From Glaucostegus cemiculus (Eukaryota), in assembly GCA_976551045.1 (NCBI GenBank), contig CDPCPM010000061.1:4216001-4280000 (forward strand): 64,000 nucleotides of DNA. The letters are read 5' to 3'. A program made the position numbers and the translations under genes. Below are positions 13,676-26,949 of the stretch, piece by piece; the stretch's first letter is position 1; each line of letters starts with the position of its first letter. Under the pieces are notes generated by a model that saw only the letters and a program-made list of their open reading frames with translations, had not been told where the DNA came from and ran no database searches.

Positions 13676-15240
13676 ATGAATTAAATATCCTAAGGCTTTA
13701 TTCAAAAAGGGAAAGTCAGTTCTGATAGTTGGGTTAAAACTCTCCTCTAAACCAGTATCAGCAGTAAGGCAGATTAATTGTTAATATCCAGGCAGTGTAC
13801 GCGGTAAATATTCAGCATAATGGGACAGCAGCTGTGGGGAGAGGAACTGTGATAACGTGGTATGTTGATGATCTTTCATCAGGTCCACCTGTGTGGGTGC
13901 CTGTACACTTGACAGGGAATCTTTGCTCACCCTAACCCCCTTGAGCGCTCAGACCTGCCACCCCTCCCTGTGTACACAACTGCCCATCATCAGGTTAAAT
14001 GCTTGGAGTCATTAACGATATAAAACAGCTGCCATGTATGCTTATATAATGATCTTTGTACATGAGTAAAATGTAATGGCGATGTTTTGAGAAGAAAGCC
14101 ACTATATAGGTGCATGTTGGAATAAGCAAGATGACTTACTTTGGATTGACTTATGCTTCACTCTTCAGTTTGTTTTCTATCATGTTTCCCTCCTACATCC
14201 CACTCTCCACCAGTGGCGGGAATGAGCTGCCAGTTACGGTCTAGCCTACCATTGTGGTCGGCCACAAGGAACTGAATGAGAAGAGCCATCACAGGGGATT
14301 GGGGGGGATAGGGACTCTCCGCCTGAGCTGGGATTCTATGTGCCATCTGGGAATTATAAACAGGGATTCCCTTTCTTACTGGCAGTCCATGGAACTCCTC
14401 ACTGAAAGAGATCTTATCTTACTGGTGCAAAGTCTTGCATCACTATACGCTCACTAACTCTGGATCTCACTACACGGGCGCCCCGCTTAGCACTTATCTG
14501 TTCCCAGGAACGAAAGTGCTAAAGGAACCAGTGCTAAGAAGCACATTATAGCATTAGATACAGAAAGGTGCATTACTGACAGCTCTGTTGTGTTGGGAAG
14601 TTGACACGAGTCCCTGCCTCCCTGACACTGCACACTGCTCTGCTGGGAACCTGGTGTGAATCCTTGCCCTCCACTAATACTCATGCAGCTAGGATACCCC
14701 TCAGCTTGGTTTGGCGGTGGTGAACAGGCTGGGACAAGAGATGTGGCCGCTCAGCACCAAGATGTGGGGCTGAGGGCAACTTGGGTACTGGCAGCACCTG
14801 TCGTCAGATGACCAGGGCCCCTGGTTTCTCATCACTGCCTCCCGAAGGTAATAGTAGCTGTTGTCTCACCCTTTCTTTGATTGGCTGCACAGCTTTTCCC
14901 AGCCCCAAGATTTAAATCAACTAAAAGCCTCCAGTTACCTTTCTCAGAGCAGCTATTGTTTCCCTTTAATTACTGTAGTTGTGGGAGGCATGGGCTCCGT
15001 CTGAAAGCTGAGAGTGTGTAGAAGTTAGTGCAGCACTGAGGTGGCTGTCAGCATATGTACCACTGAGGCAGATGTAGATGGTGTCTTCCGCCTGTGCCGG
15101 GAGTGAACACAAGATAGTTTTAGTTTTTTTATATTATTATGCAATCTGATGTGGCTAGCCAGGCCAACAGTTATTGCTCGTCCTTTTCCTGCTCTTGAGA
15201 GGGTGGTGGTGAGCTACTTCCTAGAACCACTGCAGTTCTT

Positions 15241-15850
15241 AGAGTCACAGCGTTCTACAGCACAGAAACAGGCCCTTCGGCCCATCTAGTCCATGCCGGC
15301 CTGGTTTTCTGCCTAGTCCCATCTACCTGCACCCGGACCATAGCCCTTCATACCTCCCTCATCCATGTACCTATCCAAAGTGTTACAATTGAACCTGCAT
15401 CCACCACGTCTGCTGGCAGCTCGTTCCACACGCACACCACCCTCTGAGTGAAGAAGCTCCCCCTCAGATTCCCCTTAAATATTTCACCTTTCACCCTAAA
15501 CCTATGACCTTTAGTTCTAGTCTCACCCAACCTGAGGGGAAAAAGCCTGCATGCATTCACCCTATCTCTACCCCTCATCATTTTGTATAAGGTCTCCCCT
15601 CATTCTCCTACACTCCAGGGAATAAAGTCTTAACCTATTCAATCTTTGCCTATACCTCAAGTTCCAGCAATATTCATCTAAATTTTCTCTGCACTCTTTC
15701 AAGCTTATTGATATCTTTCCTGTAGGTAGGTGACCAGAACTGCACACAGTACTCGAAGTCTGGCCTCACCAAAGTCTTATACAACTTCAACATAACATCC
15801 CAACTCCTGTACTCAGTGCCCTGATTTCTGAAGGCCAAAGTGCCAAAAGC
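15241..15850 (-). mobile_element. CR1 LINE 3' fragment
   Basis: MRGRDRVNA..LFP...TRTKGHRFRVKG..FKGNLRGSFFTQRVV.VWNELP. Confidence 0.88.
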
Positions 15851-15869
15851 TTACTTTCATGGTTACGTT

Positions 15870-18300
15870 CTTGGTGTGGCTGGATCAGCTGAGTTCTGGT
15901 CAGTGGTGATCCCCAGGCCAATGGTGGGACACTGGGAAATGGACATTATCAATGATATTGAACGATGAGGGTAGTTGGTTAGACTCTCTCTTATCAGATA
16001 TAGCCAGTATTACATGCCACTTGTAACCCCATGCCTGAATATTGTCCAGGTCTTTGTACTTGCAGGCATAGACTGCTTCATTTCCTTAGGAGTTGCAGAT
16101 GGAGTTGAAGGCCACGTAATCATCAACAAACATCTGAACTTTGTCCTTGTGGTGGAGGGAAGATGGTTGGGCACAGCACTCTGCCCTGAGGAACTCTTGC
16201 AGTGATGGCCTAGGCTTGTGATGATTGGCCAGTAACAGCCACAACCATCTCTCTTTGTGTGAGGTATGACTCCAACCACTGGAGTGTTTTCCCCTGACAC
16301 CCATTAACTTCAGTTTAACCAGGACTTATTGATGCCACACTCGGGCCAACTGCTGCCTTCACCTCGTGAGCAGTCACTCTCACCTCACCCCTGGAGTTCA
16401 CCTCTTTGTTCCAAGTTCAGGGGTTTGGATCAAGGTGGCCCTGACAAAACCTAAGCGGGGCATCTGTGAGCTGGTAGTTGGTGAGTAAGTGCCACTTGAT
16501 AATACTGCAGTGACAGCTTTCACACTTTGCTGATAATTGAGAGTGGACTGATGAATTGGATAATGATTAGCTGAATTAGATTTGTCCCACATTTTGTGAC
16601 AAATACATACCTGGGCAATGTTCCACATTGTCAGTAGATGCCAGTGGGATAACTGAACTTCAATGACTTGGCTAGTGTTGTGTCTAGACTTAGAGCTCTT
16701 GTCTTCAATAACATTCTTGCCCTTAGCCTATTTACACAGAACACAGAACCTTACAGCACAAAACAGGCCCTTCGGCCCACCAAGTTGTGCCATCCTTCAA
16801 ACATCTCACAATCTAACTCTTTCCTCCCACATATTCTACTATTCCACATTCTTCCATGTGCCTATCTAACAATCTCTTGAACCTGTCCATCGTATCTGCC
16901 TCTACTACCACCCCAGGCAGCGCATTCCATGCGCCAACCATTCTCTGGGTGAAAAACTTCCCTCTGACATCTCCCCTGAACTTTCCACCCAATATCTTAT
17001 AGCCATGCCCTCTCGTCTTGTGCATCTGCGCTCTGGGAAAGAGGCGCTGGCTGTCAACTCTTATCTATTCCTCTCAATATCTTATACACCTCTATCAAGT
17101 CCCCTCTCATCCTCCTCCTCTCCAATGAGTAGAGCCCTAGCACCTTAAGCCTCTCCTCATATCTAGCTCTCACTTGCTGGGCTCCACCATCAGGTGTCCT
17201 TGAAACCTCCTCTTGTTAGCTGTTTCATTGTCCATCACCACTAGATGTGGCAGTTCTGCAGAACGTTCATCTGATCCATTAGTCATGATAATGTTTAACT
17301 TTGTTGCATGATGTTTTTGCTGTTCAGCATGCACATCGTCCTACGCTGCAGCTTCACTAAATAGGCTGCTTAGTTTTAGATTGGCCTGGTGGTGCTCCAG
17401 GCATGCAGTTCCACACATTGACCAGGATTGATCCCGTAGCTTGATTATGAGGAAGATAGAGGGAAGTACCAGGCATGACATTAGTGCATGTTGTTGATGG
17501 TCGATAGCAACTCCTGGATACCTGGTTTAGAGTCAATTCTGAGTCAATTCCATTTAGCAGAATTGTCATGCTACACAATATGATGAAAGGTGTCCTCAGT
17601 GAGTCTGCATGAAAACTGTGTGGTGGTCCAACACTATAGCACACAGATGAGTCTGCCACAGGTAAATTGGTGAGGACAAGGTTACATAGGTTTTTCCCTC
17701 ATTGTTTCTGTCACTACCTGCTGCAAACATAGCCTGTCCTTTAGGACTCATCCGGCTTTGTCAGTCGTGGTGCTACCAAGTCAGTTATGGTGATGGAATT
17801 GACAACTCCCATCCAGAGTACATACTGTGTTCTCATTTCAGCACTTTGAAGAGAATTCATTCCCCATCCAAGGAGAACAGTAAATGATAATCAGGTTTCT
17901 TTGGCCACATTTGACCATGAGATTTCATAGTGTTTGGGGTCATTGTTGAGGACCAAGGGCTGCTTCCTCCCCCACCTGTATACCACTCTACTGGCCCCTT
18001 ATGTGGGTCCGTTCCACTGATGGAACAAGAATTGTGTTGGAGCAGACTTAGCACATTGATATGATTCTGTAAGGACTACTATATTCAGCTGATGCTTGAC
18101 TTGCCTGTGGGACAACTCTCCCAGTTAGGCACCGATCCCCAGAAGTTTATGAAGAAGACTCTAAAAGTTGAACTATCAATGCCTAACAATCTATCCAATC
18201 TTGTTCCATCTACGATCCACTGTAGTGGTTACAGTACAACTGAATAACTTAGTAAGCCAGCTCAGAAGGTGTTTAAGAGTCGACCAGATTGGTGGATCTG
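15870..18300 (-). mobile_element. Old, highly decayed non-LTR retrotransposon (RT remnants), interrupted by a younger CR1 at 16735-17161
   Basis: Frameshifted RT-like pieces WNIAQVC..HK..DKSNSANHYPI (16398-16628) and VQMFVDD (16086-16304). Boundaries uncertain. Confidence 0.6.
16735..17161 (-). mobile_element. CR1 LINE 3' fragment
   Basis: TRGHGYKILGGKFRGDVRGKFFTQRMVGAWNALPGVVVEADT...FKRLLDRHM. Confidence 0.88.
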
Positions 18301-19010
18301 GACTCATAGACCAGACTGGCTAAGGGGTGTCAGATTTCCTCCTCTGAAGGACATTAGTGAACCAGAGGAGCTTTTACAAAAGTCCAGTCGTTTTTTCGGT
18401 CCTCATTACTAATGACTAGTTTTTTCTCCCCGATCATTAACTGAACTTGGATTCCACAGCTGCTTTGATGGGAGTTGAACTTGGAAGTCTCTGCATAGTT
18501 AGTCCAGGACTCTGAATTACTAATTCTGATAATTCAATCACTGTCCTCCATTGTACCTGTGTTAGGGACCCAACCTTAAAAAGCGTCAGCTTCATATGTA
18601 CTACTTGACAGCAGAATCCCCTTTTTTAAACTGCAGAAATAAAAATTTACCAGGGTTAAACAAGACAAGAGTTTATTTTAATTGACTGGGATCTTTTAAA
18701 CTAAACAATTCCTAACTACATCACAAAACTGATTTAGGAATTCAAACCTTGATTTAATTATTGAAAGGCAGCAGCACCCTAACCTCTTCAAAATTATGTA
18801 TTTCTATGAAGACTGATACTAGATGTGCAGATTTTAAATTCCAATGTCATTACTGCGCAATTAATCCTACAAGCACAAACAAGGCTGCTTTAGTGTGACA
18901 GTAGATATATCTTTTTGGTCAATTAAAGCACATTTTATATTTTCAGCATTGGTATTAAGTAGTGAAGTAGACTTTGGTGTATGATTGCAAAAAACCAAAC
19001 TGCTGGATAA

Positions 19011-19294
19011 ACTAGAGGACATAGGTTTAAGGGGAGGGGTGAAAGATTTAATAGGGACCTGAGTGGCAACTCCTTCGTGCAGAGGGTGGGTATGGAATGT
19101 GCTACCGGAGGAAATGGTTGAGGCAGGTACAACAACAACACTTAAAAGACACTTGGACAGGTATGTGGATAGGAGGGGTTCAGAGAGATGTGGGACAAAC
19201 GTGGGCAAATGAGACTAGCTTGGTGGGCACCACAGTTGGCATGAATGAGTTGGGCTGAAGGGCCTGTTTCCATGCTGTATTACTCTACAACTCT
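19011..19294 (+). mobile_element. CR1 LINE 3' fragment
   Basis: actagaggacataggtttaagg...agagggtgggtatggaatgtgctaccggagg...gggcctgtttccatgctgtat. Confidence 0.8.
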
Positions 19295-19299
19295 AACTC

Positions 19300-19837
19300 A
19301 TCAGAATCAGAATCAGTTTTATTGTCACAACCATATACATACATAGTATGCATAGGAGCGAGATACCGTCCTCCTCAGGTGCACGTCCCATTAAATAACA
19401 ACCAACAGAGACACACAGACACACTTAACAAAATAAACATTAAAAAAATATTAAACATTAAAAACTACGGCAGTTAAAATTAAATTAATGCGCAGATTTA
19501 ATTAAAAATGGCCAGTAAATAAATAAATAGTTGTTAAAGTGAACGGGCTGGTGGCGGGCATTTAAAGTGCTGGTGCATTTCTGAGCACCTAGCATCCCTT
19601 AGTGTTAACAAGGAAGATGGAGGGATGAGAGAGTTCACAGTTCTGATGGCTTGTGGAAAGAAGCTATTGTTCAGCCTGGTCGTTCTTGCCCTGATACATT
19701 TAAGCCTCCTCCCCGATGGCAAAATTGTTAAAAGGTGATGGGAGGGGTGAGAAGGGTCGGCCATTATGCTTTTGGTCTTCCTCACACAACAGTCCTTGTA
19801 TATGTCTGCGAGGGATGGAAGCGAGACACCTGTGATC
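19300..19837 (-). mobile_element. 3' fragment of the same Rex1/Babar family as 26950-29626
   Basis: Near-identical C-terminus ([60 protein letters not shown]) and the same (GATTCT)n tail. Confidence 0.9.
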
Positions 19838-20842
19838 AGGTCGAGCAACATCTGTGGAGGCAAAGGGATAGTTGATATTTTGGGTTGAGATCCTGCATCA
19901 GGGCTAGCGTAACGTTTCTCTACTGATGTGAAAGATGGGAGTTGAGAGGGAAATGTTTTTGGTAGGTTTGGAGTGTCCCAGGGCAAAGGCTGATGTCACT
20001 TAATTCAGTTGTTAGCTCATTAATGCATCCATCCCAGATCAGTCATTAGGCTGAAAATGTCTTTGTGGCTCTTTATTGATGGATAAATAAGCAGATGTTG
20101 CTGGTTTCAAGAAACTGCTCTGCATCATCACAATTTTGTGAGCAGGTACCAGGATTCTCAAGCTGTTGCTTCCTCTGTACAGCACTTCTCTTCGTGCCCA
20201 CTCTCTCCCAGACTGAGCCTGAGGCACCAATCCTTGCTGGGGTCTCCGCTGATCTTCCATCATCTGCTCAACTATCAATCCCAACAACCTGGCCAAATCC
20301 CACAGCCCTCACTGATCATCTGCCAATTAACTTGCCCGACTCCTCCCACCCCCAATGAATACACGCCCCTCCACGTCCCTCTCTAAAATCCTTTCCCACC
20401 CTCTTTCTTTACTCCACTGTAAATAAAACATTCCCCCCCTTGTAAGGTGCTTAGGCACTCAATTGCCCCATCCAACTTTCTCTCCTCAGATAGGAATTCA
20501 GGTAAACCCCTAAGAGCATTAGGTCCTCCCCGTCAGATTTTCCTCTATTTGCTGCATCTGATGAAAGGAACGATTACCAAGCTGAAGCTGTGTTTTGGTG
20601 GCCAGTCCACTAAGTAGACCAGAGCTAAAATCTGATTTTCTGCCTGCCTATCCACTCTGTTTGAAGAGATGCTATAATTAGAAACACACTGAGATCCTTT
20701 GGAGACTAATTGGTTTGAGGAAAATTTAATCAAGCTTAGAGCAAGTGTAAAAGTAATTTTCTCTTTGCTTTGATGTGGATGTGTTATGGAAGTCAGAAAA
20801 AGCAGCAGGCACATCTGGTTTCATCTTTTAACATTTAGTTTT

Positions 20843-21850
20843 CAAGGTGGCTGGAGATCCTTGACCAGTGGTGTTCCTCCAGGATCTGTACTGGGACCTC
20901 TGTTGTTTGTGTATATAAATGACTTGGGTAAAGATGTGGATGGGTGGGTTAGTAAGTTGGCAGACGATACAAAGATTGGTGGCAGGGTCGATAATATAGA
21001 AGATTGCCAAAGGATTCAGCAGGATATAAATCAGTGAGATATGGGTGAAGAATGGTGGGTGGAGTTTAATCTGGCCAAATGTGAGGTGTTGAACTTTAGG
21101 AGCTCAAATGTAAAGGGACAGTACACAGTTAATGGCAAGCCCCTTAACAGTGTTGATGTACAAAGGAATCTTGGGGTCCAAGGTCCATGGCTCCCAGAAG
21201 GTTGACAGGCATATGGCATGCTTGCCTTTATTAGTTGAGGCATTGAGTTCAAGAGTCAGGAAATTATGTCACAGCTTTATAAAACTCTGGTTAGGCCACA
21301 TCTGGAGTATTGCATTCAGTTCTGGTTGTCCCATTACAGGAAGGTTGTGAAGGCTTTAGAGAGGGTGCAGAAGAGGTTTACCAGGATGCCACCTGGATTA
21401 GAGGGCGTATGCTATATAGAGAGGTTGGACAAACTTAGGTTGCTTTCTCTGGAGCAGCAGAGGCTGAGGGGAGACCTGATAGGAGTTTATAAGGTTATGA
21501 GAGGCACAGATAGGGTAGGCAGCTGGTACCTTTTCCCCAGGGTCAAAGTGTCTAATACTAGAGGGCATGGATTTAAGATCAGAGGAGGGAAGTTCAAAGG
21601 AAATGTGCGGGACAAGTTTTTCACACAGAGAGTAATGGGTGCCTGGAATGTGCTGCCAGGGATGGTAGTGGAGGCAAATACAATAGAAGTGTTAAAAGGC
21701 TCTTTGATAGGCACATGAATGGCACAGAGTGATATGGACATTGTGTAGACAGAAGGAATTAGTTTAGTTAGGCGTTTAAATTATTAGTTTAATTAGTTCA
21801 GCATAACATTGTGGGCCGAAAGGCCTGTTCTCGTGTTGTACTGTTCTAGG
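20843..21850 (+). mobile_element. CR1 LINE fragment with frameshifted RT
   Basis: WRSLTSGVPPGSVLGPLLF, SKLADDTKIGG, YKTLVRPHLEYCIQFW, LERVQKRFTRM. Confidence 0.92.
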
Positions 21851-24800
21851 TCTAAAGTATATTGTTAGATTTCCTAATAATGAAATTTAATCAACGAATC
21901 TTTGTTTACTTTCCCTGTACCTCCAGTTTAATCAAACTGAATTTCAAACTGTGGGAATGGCTGCACAGTAGGCCTGCTGCCTCACACTTTTCCAGCTACC
22001 TGGGTTCCATCCTGACCTCTGATGCTGTCGTTGTGGAGCTTGCACATTCTCCCTGCAAGTGTGTGCATTTCCTCAGATCCCAGAGACCTACAGGTTGGTA
22101 GGTTAATGGCCACAGTAAGTTGCCCCTAGTGTGTAGGTGAGCGATAGAGATCGGGAATATGGTGAGAATAAATAGGTTAGTGTAAGATTAATGTAAACGG
22201 GTGCTCAGTGGCTGGCCCAGAAGCAGATTTTGGTACACCACAACTCTATAACTAAAATTAAGCCAGATGTCCTGTTCCTTACTGGGATATCATTCACTCA
22301 GTGGCCTCCTGGTCACCCATTAATGCAAAGTTTGGGAGATTCCAGTTCACACAGTTTGGCAGAAGGCTAGTTTTTCTGGTGTGCAAGCAGCCAGAATGTT
22401 GGGAGTTAGTGTGTGCCTTCAAGGAGTTGCCCATCTTCCAATCCAAAACTCAGATAAATACTGCCAGTCAAAGCAGTAACCACTAGCAGTGGGTCAGACC
22501 ATCCAGTCTATTATTTTGTGCCGATGCAAGGTTTCAGCCCAAAGCATCGACAGTTCCTTTTCCCCCCACAGATGCTGAGTTCCTCTAGCAGATTGTGTAT
22601 GGCTCCAGGTTCCAGCATCTGCAGTCTCTTGTGTTCCTATGTTGATTATGTGGGGTGTCCGATCCGTAACACTGTTATGGCTAATCCCTAGAAACTGACA
22701 GGTAGTGAGAAAAATTACTTTCTAACTTACTATTTATTCATTCTGTAGTGATTGATAACTTTATAATTGATGTTTGAACCAGCCACTTGTATGCTTGACA
22801 CTCAAGATATAACAGATGCCCACGTGACTTTTTATGAAGGTGAGAATATAGGATCAAGAAGAGGCTATACAGCCTCTCCTTCCTCATTGTCTGTGACTTA
22901 ATGCCACGTTCTCTTCATTTCTCTGCATGCCTTGATATCTTTGGTATACAGATTCCATCAAAATAATATTTTAAATTAACAATTGATAAATGTCTATTTA
23001 TGGAAAAGTGTTCCAGATTTCTGTCAATCTCTGTACATAGAATGTTTCTTTACTTAGATACTGAAAAGCCTGGCTCTAATTTTTAAACTGTGTCCCCTAG
23101 CCCTAGGTTCCCCAGTTAGCAAGAAATTTCCCTCCCCCCTCACCCGCAGTCCCATCAATTCCACTTAATATCTTGAAATGTTCAATCAAGTCATCTATTA
23201 ACCTTCTAAGTAGATAACTGGTATTATTCTATGGTTATGCATGACAAAAATTCACCAGCATGCATTAGATTAGCAGAAGAGTGAATACTTTTATTTCTAA
23301 CAAGGAAAAGCATGTATTACATCAATTAAATTGCTGTGGTTGAAAAACAAATTGACCTCCAAGCTGTGTGAGGAAGGCTAGCCGATGAGACTTCTAGCTT
23401 TTTATTTGCTCTGCTCTGTAGGTGGCCAAACACTGACTCTGTGGGATGTGTAGCAATTGGCTTTGAATGTGCTAGGGCACCACAGCATTTCATTTTCAAA
23501 TTGACCTTGAGTTTAAATGATACTCAGTTGAAATAGCAGCTGAGGTAGAAAGTTCACCTTTTTCTGCTTCTGTTGTAGATTGCATTAACCTGTGTTTTTT
23601 TTTAAAGCCCTCTGTCAGTCCCATTAAACTAGTGGGATAAAGGTACAGATTTGGGAAGCTTGTATCGTGGTACTCTTATGGAGAAAAGCCACAGGATGCA
23701 AACATTTCCACTGACAGTGTAAAGACAGAACAAAATTTTGGAATTACATCCCAGACCCCTTTCAATTTTATCTGACTGTCCAGAAACATAACCAGTTATC
23801 TCTTTAACCTCTATTTAAATATGATTCATAAATATTGAAATCTTCTTACCCTTTGGGTAATTTCTTATTGTACTTCCAAATTCCACATTTTAATTCATAT
23901 CACTTTGAGTTCCAGTAGTGTTTCAAACCTCATCAAACCTTTCCTTTTCCAAAGGAACTTGCCCTCCTAGGATAAGTTTGTGACATCTGGAATCATGTGT
24001 TCAGCTCAACCACTTAAAATGTGCCTTATTTATTATTACATGGAATATACAGCATAGAAATGAGCAACTCAAGCCATCTGGTCTATAATCTACATGGATC
24101 TCTTCCAGCGCTGCTTAACTTCAACCAAGCCTTCTTTTAAATGCATCTTAGTATTCACTTCCACCACTTCACTGACCACTCTTTTGATAATATTCCAGTA
24201 AGGAATATTACTGTACAGACAGTTACTAGTGTTTGTCTTGTATTTATGACCCCCTAGTTTTGGATGCCTCACAGTGAGAATTATGTCTATCCTAATCTAA
24301 TTCCTTCATAATTATAATTTATGTTAAACTGAAGATTTTTTTTATCCACCAGCCGGTAACCGGTAGGTTGATGCACAGATCCTGGCAGAGTGGTTTTCTC
24401 CCTCACCTTCTCCTGTAGGGAGAGGAACAGCAAATAATTGATGCTGCTTTATCGGATGATAAGTTTAAACTGCATTGCACATATTACAAACCAAAGAGCA
24501 GCCCATTTATAGAACCGAGAAGCACAAATGATTTGTTGATAGGCTAAACAGGTGACCAAATCCAAACTGCTGTGCAGATATGGGCCTTTTGACCCACTAT
24601 CACTGCACCAGTTACTACATTTTCATTTACAGCATTCATGTAAAAAAAAGCTTTGATTTTCTGTAAGCGCAACAACCTGACACAGTTATTCTTGTGAGTC
24701 CCTGACCTTGCTTCCAAAACACAGCTAGCTGTCCAAAAGAAAGCTCTGCTAGCTCTGTAGAAACTGCAAGAGCAATGCCATCATTTAGTCAACAAAATAA

Positions 24801-25387
24801 ATAAAATTCTGAAGACACTGTACTTGTGTCTTTCATCAGTAAAATAGAAATCTGCAGAGCCTCCCAGGTTATGCTGTGGCAATCCATGAGGAACAGCGGG
24901 TTAAAGCTGTGGTTACAATGTCAGCCGTAGCATCTATGGAGATGGAGGTTCTGTTCAACAAATGAAAAAGAAATACATACATTTATATAACACCTTTCAA
25001 CCTCGGAACGAATAAAGTACCATGCAGCCAACTGAATATTTTTTTGAAGTGTGCTATTTCAGTTTCTGAAATGCATCAACTAATTTTCACACTTCAGTCT
25101 CCCACTGGCAGCAGCTTGTGTATGTTTTGATGTTGGTTGAAGGATAAATATTGACCAGGAAACTGGGAGTAACTCTCGAAATAGTCTCATGAAATCTTTT
25201 ACTTCCTAAGGGGGCAGACAGGATCACAGTTAAGTATCTACTCTAAAGGACAGCATGTCCATCACTAAGGTACTCCCTCAATAATGCATTAAGTTCCTGC
25301 CCTAGACTCTGAGCATTGACTGTAATACTTACATAGTTGCACAATAGTTCCATATTAAGGTTTTCTCTCATTACCATGAGAAAGGGT

Positions 25388-25765
25388 TGGATCTCATTGA
25401 AACCTACCGGATACCGAAAGGCCTGGATAGAGTGGACGTGGAGAGGATGTTTCCATCAGTGGGAGAGTCCAGGATACAAGGGCACAGCCTCAGAATAAAG
25501 GGACGTCCCTTTAAAACTGAGATGAGGAGAAACTTCAGCCAGAGGGTGGTGAATCTGGGATTAGTTGTCACAGAGGGTGGTGGAGGCCAAGTCATAGCAT
25601 GTATTTAAGGCAGAGGTTGATGGGTTCTTGATTGGTAAGGAGGTTAAGGGTTACAGGGAGAAGGTAGGAAATGGAGTTTGGGGAAAAAAAAAAATCACCC
25701 ATGATTGAATGGCAGATCAGAGTCAATGGGCCAAATGGCTTAATTCTGCTCCTGTGTCTTGTGGT
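25388..25765 (+). mobile_element. CR1 LINE 3' fragment
   Basis: DLIETYRI.KGLDRVDVERMFP.VGESR..GHSLRIKGRPFKTEMRRNFSQRVVNL. Confidence 0.85.
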
Positions 25766-25868
25766 CATTGCATGTTGAGATATGCCAAGTTAACAGACAC
25801 CTCCAACAAAAGGAGGAATAACCCTCCACCTTGCAGGTAAAATATTAACATCTTCCTTTCCTTTGCAG

Positions 25869-25985
25869 AAATTTGAAGATTACTTTTTTGGTGAAGTAGA
25901 GCTGAACATGGTCCGTATCTCCCAGAGGTTCTCAGCTGACAGTTCTGGGTTCTATTCTTCTTCTGGCTCCATCAGCTTTTCTTAA
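25869..25985 (+). CDS. ASCC1: ASCC1 terminal coding exon: KFEDYFFGEVELNMVRISQRFSADSSGFYSSSGSISFS*
   Basis: Long pyrimidine tract plus tgcag acceptor (ends 25868). Matches ASCC1 C-terminus (FE.F.FG...L....ISQRF..DS.G.Y.S.G.I.FS). TAA at 25983-25985. Confidence 0.94.
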   Translation, partial: KFEDYFFGEVELNMVRISQRFSADSSGFYSSSGSISFS

Positions 25986-26662
25986 AAGTTGTGGAATTGT
26001 TGAGCCGTGGCTGTCTGACAGGATGTGTGCAAGATCAGTCACTGCACCCCGACAACCCAACAAAAAAGGCAATAGATAAGTCTCGCAGCTGAACTTGGAA
26101 ACCACAGTAGAACAGACTCACGTGGTGTTTATAGAAAATGAAGCAGAGTTTCAATTTAACCTTTTTCTGAAGCAAGGACTGAATTGTTAAGACTTTTTTT
26201 GGCCTTGGGATAAGAAACTGACATTGAAAAATGGAATACTTTTATTTGTCAGAATCAGGTACTTCCAAGTCTAGGGTAACAGAGCTCAGTAAAGCTCCCT
26301 GTTTTTGACCTCAACATTGTTCCTCAGAAGGATATGTCCTACTGTACCAACTTGGCACTTTTCCAGCCCTGTGCCAATCATCCTGTGCTCTCTTGGGCGG
26401 ATTGCCATCTTCGTCCTGACATGCGCCACCACAGACTGTTTATATGCATTTTGTAGATGACCCATGGGGTCAGCAGGCAGAGGAGACTCTTAATGCCATT
26501 GTCACTCCAGAACTGGAAACAAGAGGCCAGTGGTGCTGACCTTCTGCTCCAGCCTGCCCTCTGATTGCTGGGTTGTTCTCAGCCTGTCAGACAGTTGTGG
26601 GGAATATTTGGTTGCAACATGTTGTGGTGAGTTAATAGAGCAGATGTGCTTCTCATGTAACA

Positions 26663-26668
26663 AATAAA
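26663..26668 (+). terminator. Candidate polyadenylation signal of ASCC1 (AATAAA)
   Basis: First AATAAA I found after the stop codon (~680 nt downstream), just before the repeat cluster at 26866. Not verified by transcript data. Confidence 0.4.
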
Positions 26669-26949
26669 TCATCACAGACATGAAGCCTGATGTGCCCATG
26701 AATTCCCTGCAGAATATCACTGGTTTGGATTGTGTTTTCCTTGCCTTACAGAAGGCACAGTTGAAAGTCCAGGATAAAATGCAGGATCTGGCCATATTAA
26801 CCTTGCAGCATGATAACACCCAGGAGGCCATTCACCCATCAGGTTTGTGACTGCTCCTCAGTGAGCAGTCATGGAGTTTTACAGCACAGAAACAGGCCCT
26901 TTGGTCTCACTCATCCATGCTGATCAAGCTGCCTAACTGAGCACATCCT

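Noticed and set aside
13277-13725. Four overlapping repetitive ORFs, and a superficial CRISPR-like look
   Set aside because: They are translations of a 28-bp tandem repeat. There are no unique spacers and no cas genes, and the context is a eukaryotic intron.
26502-26831. 109-aa minus-strand ORF
   Set aside because: Antisense to the probable ASCC1 3' UTR with no recognisable domain.
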